Shown: positions 1 to 8,808 of the stretch, one piece after another
Position numbering within the stretch: position 1 is the stretch's first letter
Layout of the letters: the number at the start of each line of letters is the position of its first letter
Origin: Desulfatiglandales bacterium
GTDB lineage: Bacteria; Desulfobacterota; DSM-4660; Desulfatiglandales; Desulfatiglandaceae
DNA: 64,000 nt
Assembly: GCA_963662465.1 (NCBI GenBank)
Contig: OY759599.1
Location: forward strand, 4,800,001 to 4,864,000
Direction: 5' to 3'
Made by a program: the position numbers and the translations under genes
Notes under the pieces: model-generated
What the model saw: the letters and a program-made list of their open reading frames with translations, nothing else
Told to the model about the DNA's origin: nothing
The model's database searches: none

Positions 1-59
1 GGACCCACCTTTTTCTGATACTTCGTTAACTTTCAATCAACATCTTGTTCTGGCATCAA

Positions 60-1214
60 TTAAAAAGGAGAACCTTCAACGAACGTCCCTACATCCCTGT
101 GCATTTCAAACAGGGCACCCCAGTTCAAAGCCGCAGTGTCCGATGCCGCATACTGGTAGCTGTATCCCAACCATTCTGACGCCAAGGGAACCGCTGAATA
201 GTACCAGGGATAATCCGCATCAGCAACCGGAGCCTGCTTTGTATCGAAAGACCACCTGACATCAATCCACCCACCAACATTACCCCAGGCAGCAGGCAGA
301 ATTCTTCTTACGTTGACAAAATTCAACTCATACGGGAGATTAATCTGGCCGGAAAGCCCATTTTCTTCCTCGTCATAAATGTTGACGACCACCAGATTCG
401 TATCCGGCTCGAACAAACCATTCTGTTCCCATTCACCCCAGTTCCCGCTACTCCAGATAAAGAAAAAGGTCTCTGCGGAGTCGTTCAGCAGAAAATAACG
501 AGGAAGCAGGCGGAAGTACGCCGGGATGGGGAAATCCATGTCGGCATGCGGATTATAGCCTTGCTCACGCGCTTTACTGGTTGCGTACGAAAAAGCGGTA
601 AACGCTTCATAGTCGGTAAACTCCGGATAAGGCAGCTGACCAATTGGCGGAAGCCATTCTGTTCCCAAAAAAGAATTCTGCTCAACATGCCAACCTACCA
701 GCGCATGGGGGCCATTGACCCCTACCGGAGCATATTCCCTTGCGGGCAGGACAACACCAGAAGCCAAACCGTTGGCCAGATTAATGACATACTGGTGTCC
801 AATCAGGTTATCCGCAGTCGGATTTGAGTTATCATACTCGACATAACCCATATAATGATCATTGTCCCCGTCGAGATCCAGGTCCACTTCGAGCGCCGCC
901 AGGCCATCCGGACTGACATTTGTCAACAGCGCACTAATGCTGACGGATACCACATCATATGGCGTATACCCGGTGTTTCCGTTCGCACGGTGAATCGACT
1001 TTTTATCACGAATGGTCCAATGAACAGAACCGCTGAAACCTTCCACTTCCGTAATCGTCACGAGTGTGTTCAGCGTCCCGTCAAAGCTCACGAGAAAAAA
1101 CGGCTGCAGGATGTTCGTTCCCGGAACAGCATCCGGCGTCCCCACCAGAGCCATCGACGGCGTCGCAACAAACAGCGCTGCCAAAATTGAAAGTGCAATA
1201 AAAACCTTTTTCAT
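60..1214 (-). CDS. Secreted protein, candidate S-layer/major surface protein
   Basis: Sec signal peptide (MKKVFIALSILAALFVATPSMA); acidic, aromatic-rich, Cys-free mature part; strong RBS AAGGAGG; perfect promoter; lies at the end of the T2SS/glycan cluster. Confidence 0.6.
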   Translation of the reverse strand: MKKVFIALSILAALFVATPSMALVGTPDAVPGTNILQPFFLVSFDGTLNTLVTITEVEGFSGSVHWTIRDKKSIHRANGNTGYTPYDVVSVSISALLTNVSPDGLAALEVDLDLDGDNDHYMGYVEYDNSNPTADNLIGHQYVINLANGLASGVVLPAREYAPVGVNGPHALVGWHVEQNSFLGTEWLPPIGQLPYPEFTDYEAFTAFSYATSKAREQGYNPHADMDFPIPAYFRLLPRYFLLNDSAETFFFIWSSGNWGEWEQNGLFEPDTNLVVVNIYDEEENGLSGQINLPYELNFVNVRRILPAAWGNVGGWIDVRWSFDTKQAPVADADYPWYYSAVPLASEWLGYSYQYAASDTAALNWGALFEMHRDVGTFVEGSPF

Positions 1215-1419
1215 GCTCTTTTCCTCCTTAAAAAATTATATTCTGAAAACTTAGTAATGTTAACACCCAAATCAACATCCCAATCCCGCTCTATTTGCTT
1301 CGTTTACCACCTCCTTAAACTAAAGATTTCGCATTCCCTCTTGATTTCGACTAAAACCCAACCTCTTTCCCTTAACAAAAAACCTCCAAGCATCCTTCAC
1401 ACATCAAATGGTCAAGCTC

Positions 1420-1447
1420 ATTATAGTGAAGCAACCAGGGTTGTCAA
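1420..1447 (-). promoter_or_regulatory. Consensus sigma70 promoter of the surface-protein gene
   Basis: Minus strand TTGACA (1447-1442), 16-nt spacer, TATAAT (1425-1420). Confidence 0.8.
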
Positions 1448-1717
1448 GCCCTTTTTCGCTTGATGTTTATATATTCATATAATTTTCATTTTTTCTGAAT
1501 ATCAACCTTATCACCTTAAACTGAATCGTTAGACCAACCCCCTAAACTAACGCTTGAACAATTGATATGCCACCACAGCAAACCCTATTTAATGCGATTT
1601 TCCCACACGCACGATACCGGCAAACGGGCTCAGGAAAAAACAACACTCGTAAATTAAAATTACTTCCACGACGAATACTGCTATTAGCGTATTGACACAT
1701 GCATGTCAAGACTTTTT

Positions 1718-3727
1718 CTAAAACTCCGATATAAGGATTGAAAAAAAACATATTTTTTTGAAAAAACTTTCAAATTATTGATTTCATGCTCTATTTTCAC
1801 CTTGCCTCGCAAAGGGGGTTTTAAGCCCCTCAAAAGCCTCTTGAGGCAGTAAACACCTGAAGCACCGAGACGGGAGATGCGAGGGGCAACTCAAACGCCT
1901 CCAGACCTATAAAAATTTGTCACGTAACTAGCTGGAATCATTAGTAAAATCAGACATTGCCAACTTGACATCCGCCCCGCTTTATGTTTGAGTTGTCGAC
2001 ATGACTTCGCGGGAACAATTACAAGACACCCTCTGTAGACGACTTTTCTGGCACACCGCCGAGCGGGATGACGGAAAGGTTGCAGACTACCTTTTCCATC
2101 GCCACGAAATGGATGTGGTTTATGCCATGGATGAGGCCACCTTGTTCGATTCCTTCTTCAGATATTTGCAAGACATCGAAGTATTTCCTCTATTAGAACG
2201 TCTTGATCCAAAAAATCAACGAAGAAAAAATGTCCCTTTTTCCCAGATACTCCTTGTCTTCTTAATGAAAGTCGTCGGCTCCATCAAAAAGATGGATCAA
2301 ATGACCGACCTGTTGCTCACCGATGAATTGCTTATGAGCATGTGCGGCTTCAATGCCTATCAGGTAAAAAATGGCAGTTGTAAACGGGGCGAAAAACTCC
2401 GCAAAACATTCATTCCTGAATTCAGAGGCGCTTTGTGCGTCGATACGGTTGCCAACCACATTGTCACCATTTCCCTCAAACGAATTGAGAATTTATTTAA
2501 CCGTTGCATTCAACGATTAGCCGACCAAGGCGTATTCCCAAAAAAAATCCATGCTGCCTGTGATTGCACCTTGTATGAAACCACCCGTCAATTCAAGGGA
2601 TGTGGTTCCGTAACTTATAAACGCAAGGTGAAAGTTCGCGGGCGCCGGAAAAATGCTGAACTCAAAGAAGTCAAAGTCACCCTTTATGGCTGGAAGGTAT
2701 GGGCCATCTATGAAATCAAGACAGGCATCCCTCTAGCCATCAAGATTGATACAATTGAGAAACCAGACAATCGCCATGTTCTTGCCGTGTTGAAACAGGC
2801 TAAAGAAAATGTAAAACCATTCAGCACTATTGACTCTCTGGTGCTTGATCGCGGGTTCCTCGACGGCAAGCTTCTCTTCGACATTGACCTGCAGGGGATT
2901 GAATTTGTCATCCCCTTAAAAAGAAATATGGATGCCGCCAAAGATGCACGGCAGTTAGCGTTAGACTGTGCGGACCTCCCACCGGTGACCCGGGAAGTTC
3001 ACGTGACGCATGGTTATGGCAAAAAAAAGTACACTGAAAAAGTGCTCACCACATTGGTGGCGGTGCCGGATCTTCTGACATGTGATTGGTTTAATCCAGA
3101 GGGCTCCAAAGCCAATACCGCCAAAAAAGATTATGAACCGATCCCTCTGAATGCGGTGGTTGTCAAAAAATGGGACAACAACCTTCCTCCTCCCGAAAAG
3201 CAGGTTGTATTCATAACGAACATCGACGTGAAAGATCCCTTTGTAACTTTTGACCGCTACGATGATCGCAGCCTTATGGAAAATAAACTGTTCCGAGAGG
3301 TCAAGCAAAACTGGCATTTTGAGTACCCACCTAAGAAAACCAAAGAAGGTGTCCATATTCAAGTTTATATGACCATGGCCATGAAAGCGCTTACCACTGC
3401 CTTTTTGAAATGGCAGGAAGATCAATTAAAACTAGAAGCACTCGGTAAGCCAAGTACCTGGCAGATGTATCGACGAAAGCTTAAAGTTCTCAACCGTAAC
3501 AAATTGATTGTCTTTGCAAACGAATACTTCGGCATCTTTCCTTCCCATGAGGTTTTCATGCTCGCCAATGTTCCTGTTCGTGACACGGAAAAAGAACTCA
3601 ATATTACCCGCGACCAAGTCTACGCCAAATATACTGACTGCCAGTTGATCGAAAAATCCTGAAAACCGGGCCCCTGGCTTTCTTCGGACCAACAGTTCCT
3701 CGCTCAATTCTTATATCGGAGTTTTAG
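1718..3727 (+). mobile_element. Complete insertion sequence (IS4-like DDE family), 2010 bp
   Basis: 24-bp TIRs CTAAAACTCCGATATAAGGATTGA (1718-1741) and TCAATTCTTATATCGGAGTTTTAG (3704-3727), 1 mismatch; 9-bp TSD AGACTTTTT at 1709-1717 and 3728-3736. Confidence 0.93.
2001..3662 (+). CDS. DDE transposase
   Basis: DCT, LDRGF and YxxRxxxE...K (YDDRSLMENKLFREVK) motifs; lies between the TIRs. Confidence 0.92.
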   Translation: MTSREQLQDTLCRRLFWHTAERDDGKVADYLFHRHEMDVVYAMDEATLFDSFFRYLQDIEVFPLLERLDPKNQRRKNVPFSQILLVFLMKVVGSIKKMDQMTDLLLTDELLMSMCGFNAYQVKNGSCKRGEKLRKTFIPEFRGALCVDTVANHIVTISLKRIENLFNRCIQRLADQGVFPKKIHAACDCTLYETTRQFKGCGSVTYKRKVKVRGRRKNAELKEVKVTLYGWKVWAIYEIKTGIPLAIKIDTIEKPDNRHVLAVLKQAKENVKPFSTIDSLVLDRGFLDGKLLFDIDLQGIEFVIPLKRNMDAAKDARQLALDCADLPPVTREVHVTHGYGKKKYTEKVLTTLVAVPDLLTCDWFNPEGSKANTAKKDYEPIPLNAVVVKKWDNNLPPPEKQVVFITNIDVKDPFVTFDRYDDRSLMENKLFREVKQNWHFEYPPKKTKEGVHIQVYMTMAMKALTTAFLKWQEDQLKLEALGKPSTWQMYRRKLKVLNRNKLIVFANEYFGIFPSHEVFMLANVPVRDTEKELNITRDQVYAKYTDCQLIEKS

Positions 3728-3737
3728 AGACTTTTTT

Positions 3738-3912
3738 CACGGTAAATTTGTTCTAACCGGAAAAGGTCTGTCAATTGAAAGGATTTAGCTTTTATCCTTG
3801 AACCAACATGCTGATATTTAACCACTTTTTTTGGCGCGCTTGCCAAGAGATCAAAGTGGCTACTTTTTTCTATTAACTTCAATCAGTTAGGTGGTAGAAC
3901 AAAATCACCGTG
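3738..3912. mobile_element. MITE (175 bp, non-autonomous)
   Basis: 18-bp TIRs CACGGTAAATTTGTTCTA / TAGAACAAAATCACCGTG (2 mismatches); 10-bp direct repeat AGACTTTTTT at 3728-3737 and 3913-3922; no ORF. Confidence 0.8.
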
Positions 3913-3970
3913 AGACTTTTTTATCCGGCGTTATCCCCACAAGGGTTCTATGGAAAGTAAAAAAGTCGCA

Positions 3971-5536
3971 TTAAAAAAGGTCGCTGTCGCCCATGGTATA
4001 ATAGAACTGCTCTTCAACGGACCTCAAAGATACACCAGGCTCGAAGATGGTTACACCCGCCACCAGACCGTTGGGTTCTTTAATAACCTTAAATCCCATG
4101 TTTTCCAGCAAATTCGTCCACCAGGCAGGGTTTTTGGAAAACCATCCTTCAACGCGCTTAACTTCAGAGAATTGCTGTTTAAGGAGCTGTTCAAGGAGCA
4201 TCCCGGCAAACACCGCCTGGGATTTTTCAAACAGGGCATCCCCCCAGATCAACACTGATCCCCGGACCCGAAATACACTCCAGCCGATCAGTTTCCCAAA
4301 GCGTTTCAAAGCAAAAATCCGGTACACGCCATCCGGGCAGTCCAGATAACGCCACCTCAGATACCCTGCGTCCCTTTTCACCAATAGCCCGTAATTTCCG
4401 GCAGCCTTCTGAAACAAAATATCAAACGCAGGGTTGACATCATGAACTTCCTCCACCCTGATCCCCGAAATTATCCGCTTAATCCACGTATCCGGCTTAA
4501 GCGTCGAATGGTTTAAATCCATTACATGGCAGGGAATTTCGGACATGTATTGATATCCGAGAAAACGTTCTCCGAACTTTCGATGATTCCCGGCTACGAA
4601 CCCGTACAGAAATGGGATATGACCCACACAGAATTTTTGATGAAAATAGTCGGTGATACGCCCAAGTACGCTTGTTTTTCCAAGACCCACATGCCTGAAA
4701 CCCAGACGGGTCATGATATCTCCGATCTGAAAGGACAGAAACCGTTCTCCTTTGGCCACGGAGGAATAAAATGGCACTGGATAACCCGAATAATGCCCGG
4801 CCAGAATTCCGTCATAGGAAAAGGCCTGAGCAATTTTGTAGGCGCCAAACGGATTATCTCTGAATTTCCAGTGCCAGTGCGCCATGCTTCTTTCTGCGTT
4901 AAAGACCTCTTTAAACATAGGCAAAATGGCTTCCTCATCTCCCTCTCGATAGGGTCTGAGGAAAATATCGTCCTTTCTACCGAGGATCATATGAAACGGC
5001 ACATCAACCCCTTTTGGGCAGCTGCTTCCAAATGTTCCCAAAAGCCTCGGAGACTCCGACGACCCGGACATATCGTCCCCCCCCTTCACACAGGGGGCCA
5101 GAGAATCCAAACCCTTTTTTATCCGCTGAGGCCATTTTTTATGGATTTTGATACTGAATCCACTTTCATAAAGCGCCGCAATCACTTCTTTCGCGAGATA
5201 AAAGTCCGTTTTGTTAAGACCGTCCTCAAAAATACAAAATTCATCACAGATCACCAATGTGCCATTCGATTTCAAGAAATCCCGAATATGCATCAGAAGG
5301 CCTTCCAAAGGCTGCAATGATTTCAAAGCGCAATGAAGTATAATAACATCGAAAACTTTCCCGTGCAAACCGCGGCGGTTCTTTTCCGGAAATGTCGAAA
5401 TCGCCATATCATAGCCACACGCTGACAATTCACTTCTGTAACAAGTTGCATCTCGGCCTACACCCAGTACAGATGCCGGTGGCTTAGGGAAGTGGGGAAG
5501 CAATTCCCTCAACAAAATCTCAAATAATTTACTCAA
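3971..5536 (-). CDS. Methyltransferase-like domain fused to GNAT acyltransferase; probable glycan modification
   Basis: N-terminal class I MTase-like pattern (FDVIIL...LKSNGTLVI); C-terminal RPYREGDE, WHWKFRDNP, YLRWRY, YYTMGDSDLF. Confidence 0.7.
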   Translation of the reverse strand: MSKLFEILLRELLPHFPKPPASVLGVGRDATCYRSELSACGYDMAISTFPEKNRRGLHGKVFDVIILHCALKSLQPLEGLLMHIRDFLKSNGTLVICDEFCIFEDGLNKTDFYLAKEVIAALYESGFSIKIHKKWPQRIKKGLDSLAPCVKGGDDMSGSSESPRLLGTFGSSCPKGVDVPFHMILGRKDDIFLRPYREGDEEAILPMFKEVFNAERSMAHWHWKFRDNPFGAYKIAQAFSYDGILAGHYSGYPVPFYSSVAKGERFLSFQIGDIMTRLGFRHVGLGKTSVLGRITDYFHQKFCVGHIPFLYGFVAGNHRKFGERFLGYQYMSEIPCHVMDLNHSTLKPDTWIKRIISGIRVEEVHDVNPAFDILFQKAAGNYGLLVKRDAGYLRWRYLDCPDGVYRIFALKRFGKLIGWSVFRVRGSVLIWGDALFEKSQAVFAGMLLEQLLKQQFSEVKRVEGWFSKNPAWWTNLLENMGFKVIKEPNGLVAGVTIFEPGVSLRSVEEQFYYTMGDSDLF

Positions 5537-5605
5537 TTCCTGTGCCCTACCGTGAAAGAAGAAGAAAAACCTTTCATTTTTATTAGAAACACGCTGCCGG
5601 AGCAG

Positions 5606-6703
5606 CTATTCTACCACCCAAGTCATGTTTAGAAAACGCCTCTCAAACCCCTTCGGTCTTCCGATTCGTCCGTAATATTGCCTCTTTGCCAGCATATCCC
5701 AGCAGTGCTTTGAAAATTCAAATTGCCCGCCGGCGCCAAAACGGCCTGCGGCAGGCATGAAATCAGGATTAGGACTCCACTCAAAAAGCCATTCCTTGTG
5801 TAAATAGGCTGGAATTTCAAGTGAAAAAGCGCTCGAAAACCGATGGCGGAAAATAGCATTTTTTTCAGGTTTAGGCGGTACGAAACATGAAACGGCCCTT
5901 GCCAATCCACTCTCCCAGGTTCTGCCATGTTTTTTCAGAAAAAGCGCCATGGACGTAAACATAAGACGCATTTTATGCTCCTGATCCTCTATACCGCACT
6001 GATCATAATAATGAATCGCTCTAGCCCTCGGTTCTATCAGCAAATCAAACCCTGCTCGTCTCAAGCGAAGAAAAAGGTCCGTATCTTCGAAATAAAGGAA
6101 AAATCGGGGATCAAAAAGCCCACCCGCTTTACGCACGCAAGTCCATTTCAGAAGCGACAAACCCCCAGACAAGTTACGGACCCGCAAGGGCCCTCTGGAA
6201 CGCCATACTCTGATAGAATACCTTCGCCAAAACAGATCCAGCAGCTGGGTCAGATAATCAAGGCCCCGTCGGTTCAAAACGGACTGAAATTCAACCAAAC
6301 CAGGCGAACAGGGAGGGGGGAAATGGTATTGAAGCAACTCATCCCAGAATATCTGAGGGGAAACAGCAGCTGTGGCATTGCACGAAAAAAGGGTTTGCTG
6401 AAGACGTTTAAGGCAGCCGGGAAGAACCCTGGCGTCCGGATTAATAAGAAGAATGGCGTCGCCCTGCCACGATTCAGCAGCCTGATTGCAGGCGCGGCCG
6501 AATCCCATATTTTCGGCATTGACCATTAAATTCACTGACGCAGGAAGGCCACGACGCAGTATTTTCACTTCTTCCGGTGTCTCGCTGTTGTCCACAACCA
6601 CAACATCAACCGGTCCCAGAGACTCGGAATCCATCACTGACTGAACCGCCTGAAGGGTCAACGGAGCACTCTTGTAGTTAACAACGACTGCCAGTGTTTT
6701 CAA
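5606..6703 (-). CDS. Glycosyltransferase family 2
   Basis: VVVNY, VVDNS, NMGFGRACN, LINPD, FFLYFEDTD motifs. Confidence 0.9.
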   Translation of the reverse strand: MKTLAVVVNYKSAPLTLQAVQSVMDSESLGPVDVVVVDNSETPEEVKILRRGLPASVNLMVNAENMGFGRACNQAAESWQGDAILLINPDARVLPGCLKRLQQTLFSCNATAAVSPQIFWDELLQYHFPPPCSPGLVEFQSVLNRRGLDYLTQLLDLFWRRYSIRVWRSRGPLRVRNLSGGLSLLKWTCVRKAGGLFDPRFFLYFEDTDLFLRLRRAGFDLLIEPRARAIHYYDQCGIEDQEHKMRLMFTSMALFLKKHGRTWESGLARAVSCFVPPKPEKNAIFRHRFSSAFSLEIPAYLHKEWLFEWSPNPDFMPAAGRFGAGGQFEFSKHCWDMLAKRQYYGRIGRPKGFERRFLNMTWVVE

Positions 6704-6712
6704 ATCAGGACC

Positions 6713-7900
6713 TTACGCAGGAATCTTCCAGGAATGCGCCATCCACATCATGCCAATCTCAGGATGTTCACTTTCGATAACAAACGGGTCGAGGCTCATC
6801 TGGTGGATCGTTCTAAGGGCGTATTCATCCCCCACACGGGCCCTAACCACATAGTTTCCGCCCAAAATCGGAATGGACGGAATGATAAGTTCCACCTCCT
6901 GCTCACCGAAAAACAGAATCGGATCCAAGCCGGACATCTTTGTTGTCGTCTCAAAAACCTGACTGCCATCCGTAAATCCGAAACCCACGGCCAGATGCCC
7001 TCGAATGGGGGGGCCAATTCTTTTTGTTTTAACCTGAACAATAAGCATCTGAAATTGATGGATATCCGCGACCGGTTCTTTCTTTTCGTCCAGAAGGCGC
7101 ACATCTTCAATCAGGATATCGGGCATTTGTGAATCAGACGGCGCCGCTGACGCCCTGGCGGGGGCAAAAATTTCAGGATCTTGTTCAAGATAGGCCAAAT
7201 AAGCTGAAACAACGGAAGATGTTTTCCCAGAACGGCACATTCGGCCGTTTTTCAACCATATAGCCCGGGAACACAATTCGTTGATCATATACATACTGTG
7301 GGTGCAGATAATGATCGTCTTGTTGGCCTTTCTGAAATTCATCATCCGATCCACGCATTTTTGTTGAAATCGCTGATCCCCGACACTGAGTGCCTCATCA
7401 ATAATCAGGACCTGCGGATCCACACTCGTTGCAATAGAGAAAGCAAGACGAACATACATCCCAGATGAATAGGTCTTGACCGGCCGGTCGATTGCATTCT
7501 CCAATTCAGAAAACGCAATAATCGCTTTTTCACGGTCCCTGATCTCTTTTTCTTTCAACCCTAAAAGCGCTGCATTGAGATAGATGTTCTGCCGACCGCT
7601 GAACTCGGGGTGAAATCCCGACCCCAGCTCCAAAAGTGCGGCCATCCTGCCCCTTTTCACCATCCGCCCGGAAGTTGGATGAGCGGTACCAGCCAATATT
7701 TTCAGCAGGGTGGATTTTCCCGCGCCATTTTCGCCGATAATCCCCAGTGTGCCACCCTCAGGCACTTCAAAAGAAACATCCGTCAGGGCTTCTACCAGAT
7801 CATGGCAGGGCTTTCGAAGAATCGCTTCCTTGAGACGGTCAAAGGGTCTTAGATACACCTGGTAATGTTTTGTCAGGCCTTCAGCCTCAATAGCATTCAA
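6713..7900 (-). CDS. wzt: Polysaccharide ABC transporter ATPase with C-terminal carbohydrate-binding domain
   Basis: GENGAGKST, YSSGMYVRLAF, LIIDEALSVGD; ~150-aa C-terminal Wzt_C-like extension. Confidence 0.93.
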   Translation of the reverse strand: MNAIEAEGLTKHYQVYLRPFDRLKEAILRKPCHDLVEALTDVSFEVPEGGTLGIIGENGAGKSTLLKILAGTAHPTSGRMVKRGRMAALLELGSGFHPEFSGRQNIYLNAALLGLKEKEIRDREKAIIAFSELENAIDRPVKTYSSGMYVRLAFSIATSVDPQVLIIDEALSVGDQRFQQKCVDRMMNFRKANKTIIICTHSMYMINELCSRAIWLKNGRMCRSGKTSSVVSAYLAYLEQDPEIFAPARASAAPSDSQMPDILIEDVRLLDEKKEPVADIHQFQMLIVQVKTKRIGPPIRGHLAVGFGFTDGSQVFETTTKMSGLDPILFFGEQEVELIIPSIPILGGNYVVRARVGDEYALRTIHQMSLDPFVIESEHPEIGMMWMAHSWKIPA

Positions 7901-7934
7901 ATATAAAATTCCTTATTTTATTCGTCAGACTTTC

Positions 7935-8753
7935 CTACAAAACGTCCGCAAAGGCATGTTTTGAGCGTTCAAAAAAAAGAACGCTCAAAACAAAACATAA
8001 CAGCGTCAAACCCATGGTATAAGCGAGCATGCCAAAGGAAATGAAATGATGCAGCAACACTTGATGATACAGCTCAATAAAAGGATATATGGGATTTATC
8101 TTGATGACCCACCTCAGTTTTTCCGGCACCATGGACAACGGATAGATGATGGGTGTCAGAAAAAACCACAACGACAGGACCGTTCCGATAAAATGTTTAA
8201 TATCCCTCAGAAACACTGATAAACTGGCAATCAGGCATACCATGCCCAGTGTAAACACCATATGGACGGCCACTACCAGGGGCAACCACATCCACGCCAT
8301 GTGAAAATAGCCTTTGAAAATCAAATACACCAAAAACATTATAAAACCGAGACCGTTAAGACAGAACGGAACTATAACCCCTGCCATGGGCAGAATTTCC
8401 AGGGGAAACGCCACCTTTGTAATGAGGTTGGCCCGACCCAGGAAAGCGTCTGTAGCGCTGCTCAAAGCCTCTGAAAAAGCGGTCCATGGCAGGAGCCCGG
8501 TCAAAAAATATACAGCGAAACTGTCAGTCCCCGTTTCCATGGGTTTCATCCTGATCTTCAAAACCAGGGAGAATACAAAAATATAGATGAGCAAATTGGC
8601 CAAGGGCGTCAGAAGACTCCACAAAAAGCCCCCAATAGATCCAGCAAAACGCCCTTTGATTTCGTTCCGAACGAATCCCCAGAACAGGGTTTGATAATGA
8701 AACGGAATTTGCAGCCAGCGTTTAATTATTATAAAAATATTCATGGATAACAT
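7935..8753 (-). CDS. wzm: Polysaccharide ABC transporter permease
   Basis: GFLWSLLTP, KVAFP, RDIKH, FFLTPIIYP, FADVL; multi-TM; next to wzt. Confidence 0.93.
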   Translation of the reverse strand: MLSMNIFIIIKRWLQIPFHYQTLFWGFVRNEIKGRFAGSIGGFLWSLLTPLANLLIYIFVFSLVLKIRMKPMETGTDSFAVYFLTGLLPWTAFSEALSSATDAFLGRANLITKVAFPLEILPMAGVIVPFCLNGLGFIMFLVYLIFKGYFHMAWMWLPLVVAVHMVFTLGMVCLIASLSVFLRDIKHFIGTVLSLWFFLTPIIYPLSMVPEKLRWVIKINPIYPFIELYHQVLLHHFISFGMLAYTMGLTLLCFVLSVLFFERSKHAFADVL

Positions 8754-8808
8754 TTATAAATGGAAGGGAATTATTCAACATTACAGGGTTGTCATTTTAG
8801 CGGCGTTT

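Noticed and set aside
1..14. Terminator of the surface-protein gene
   Set aside because: Only one arm (AAAAAGGTGGGTCC on minus) is visible; cut by the window edge
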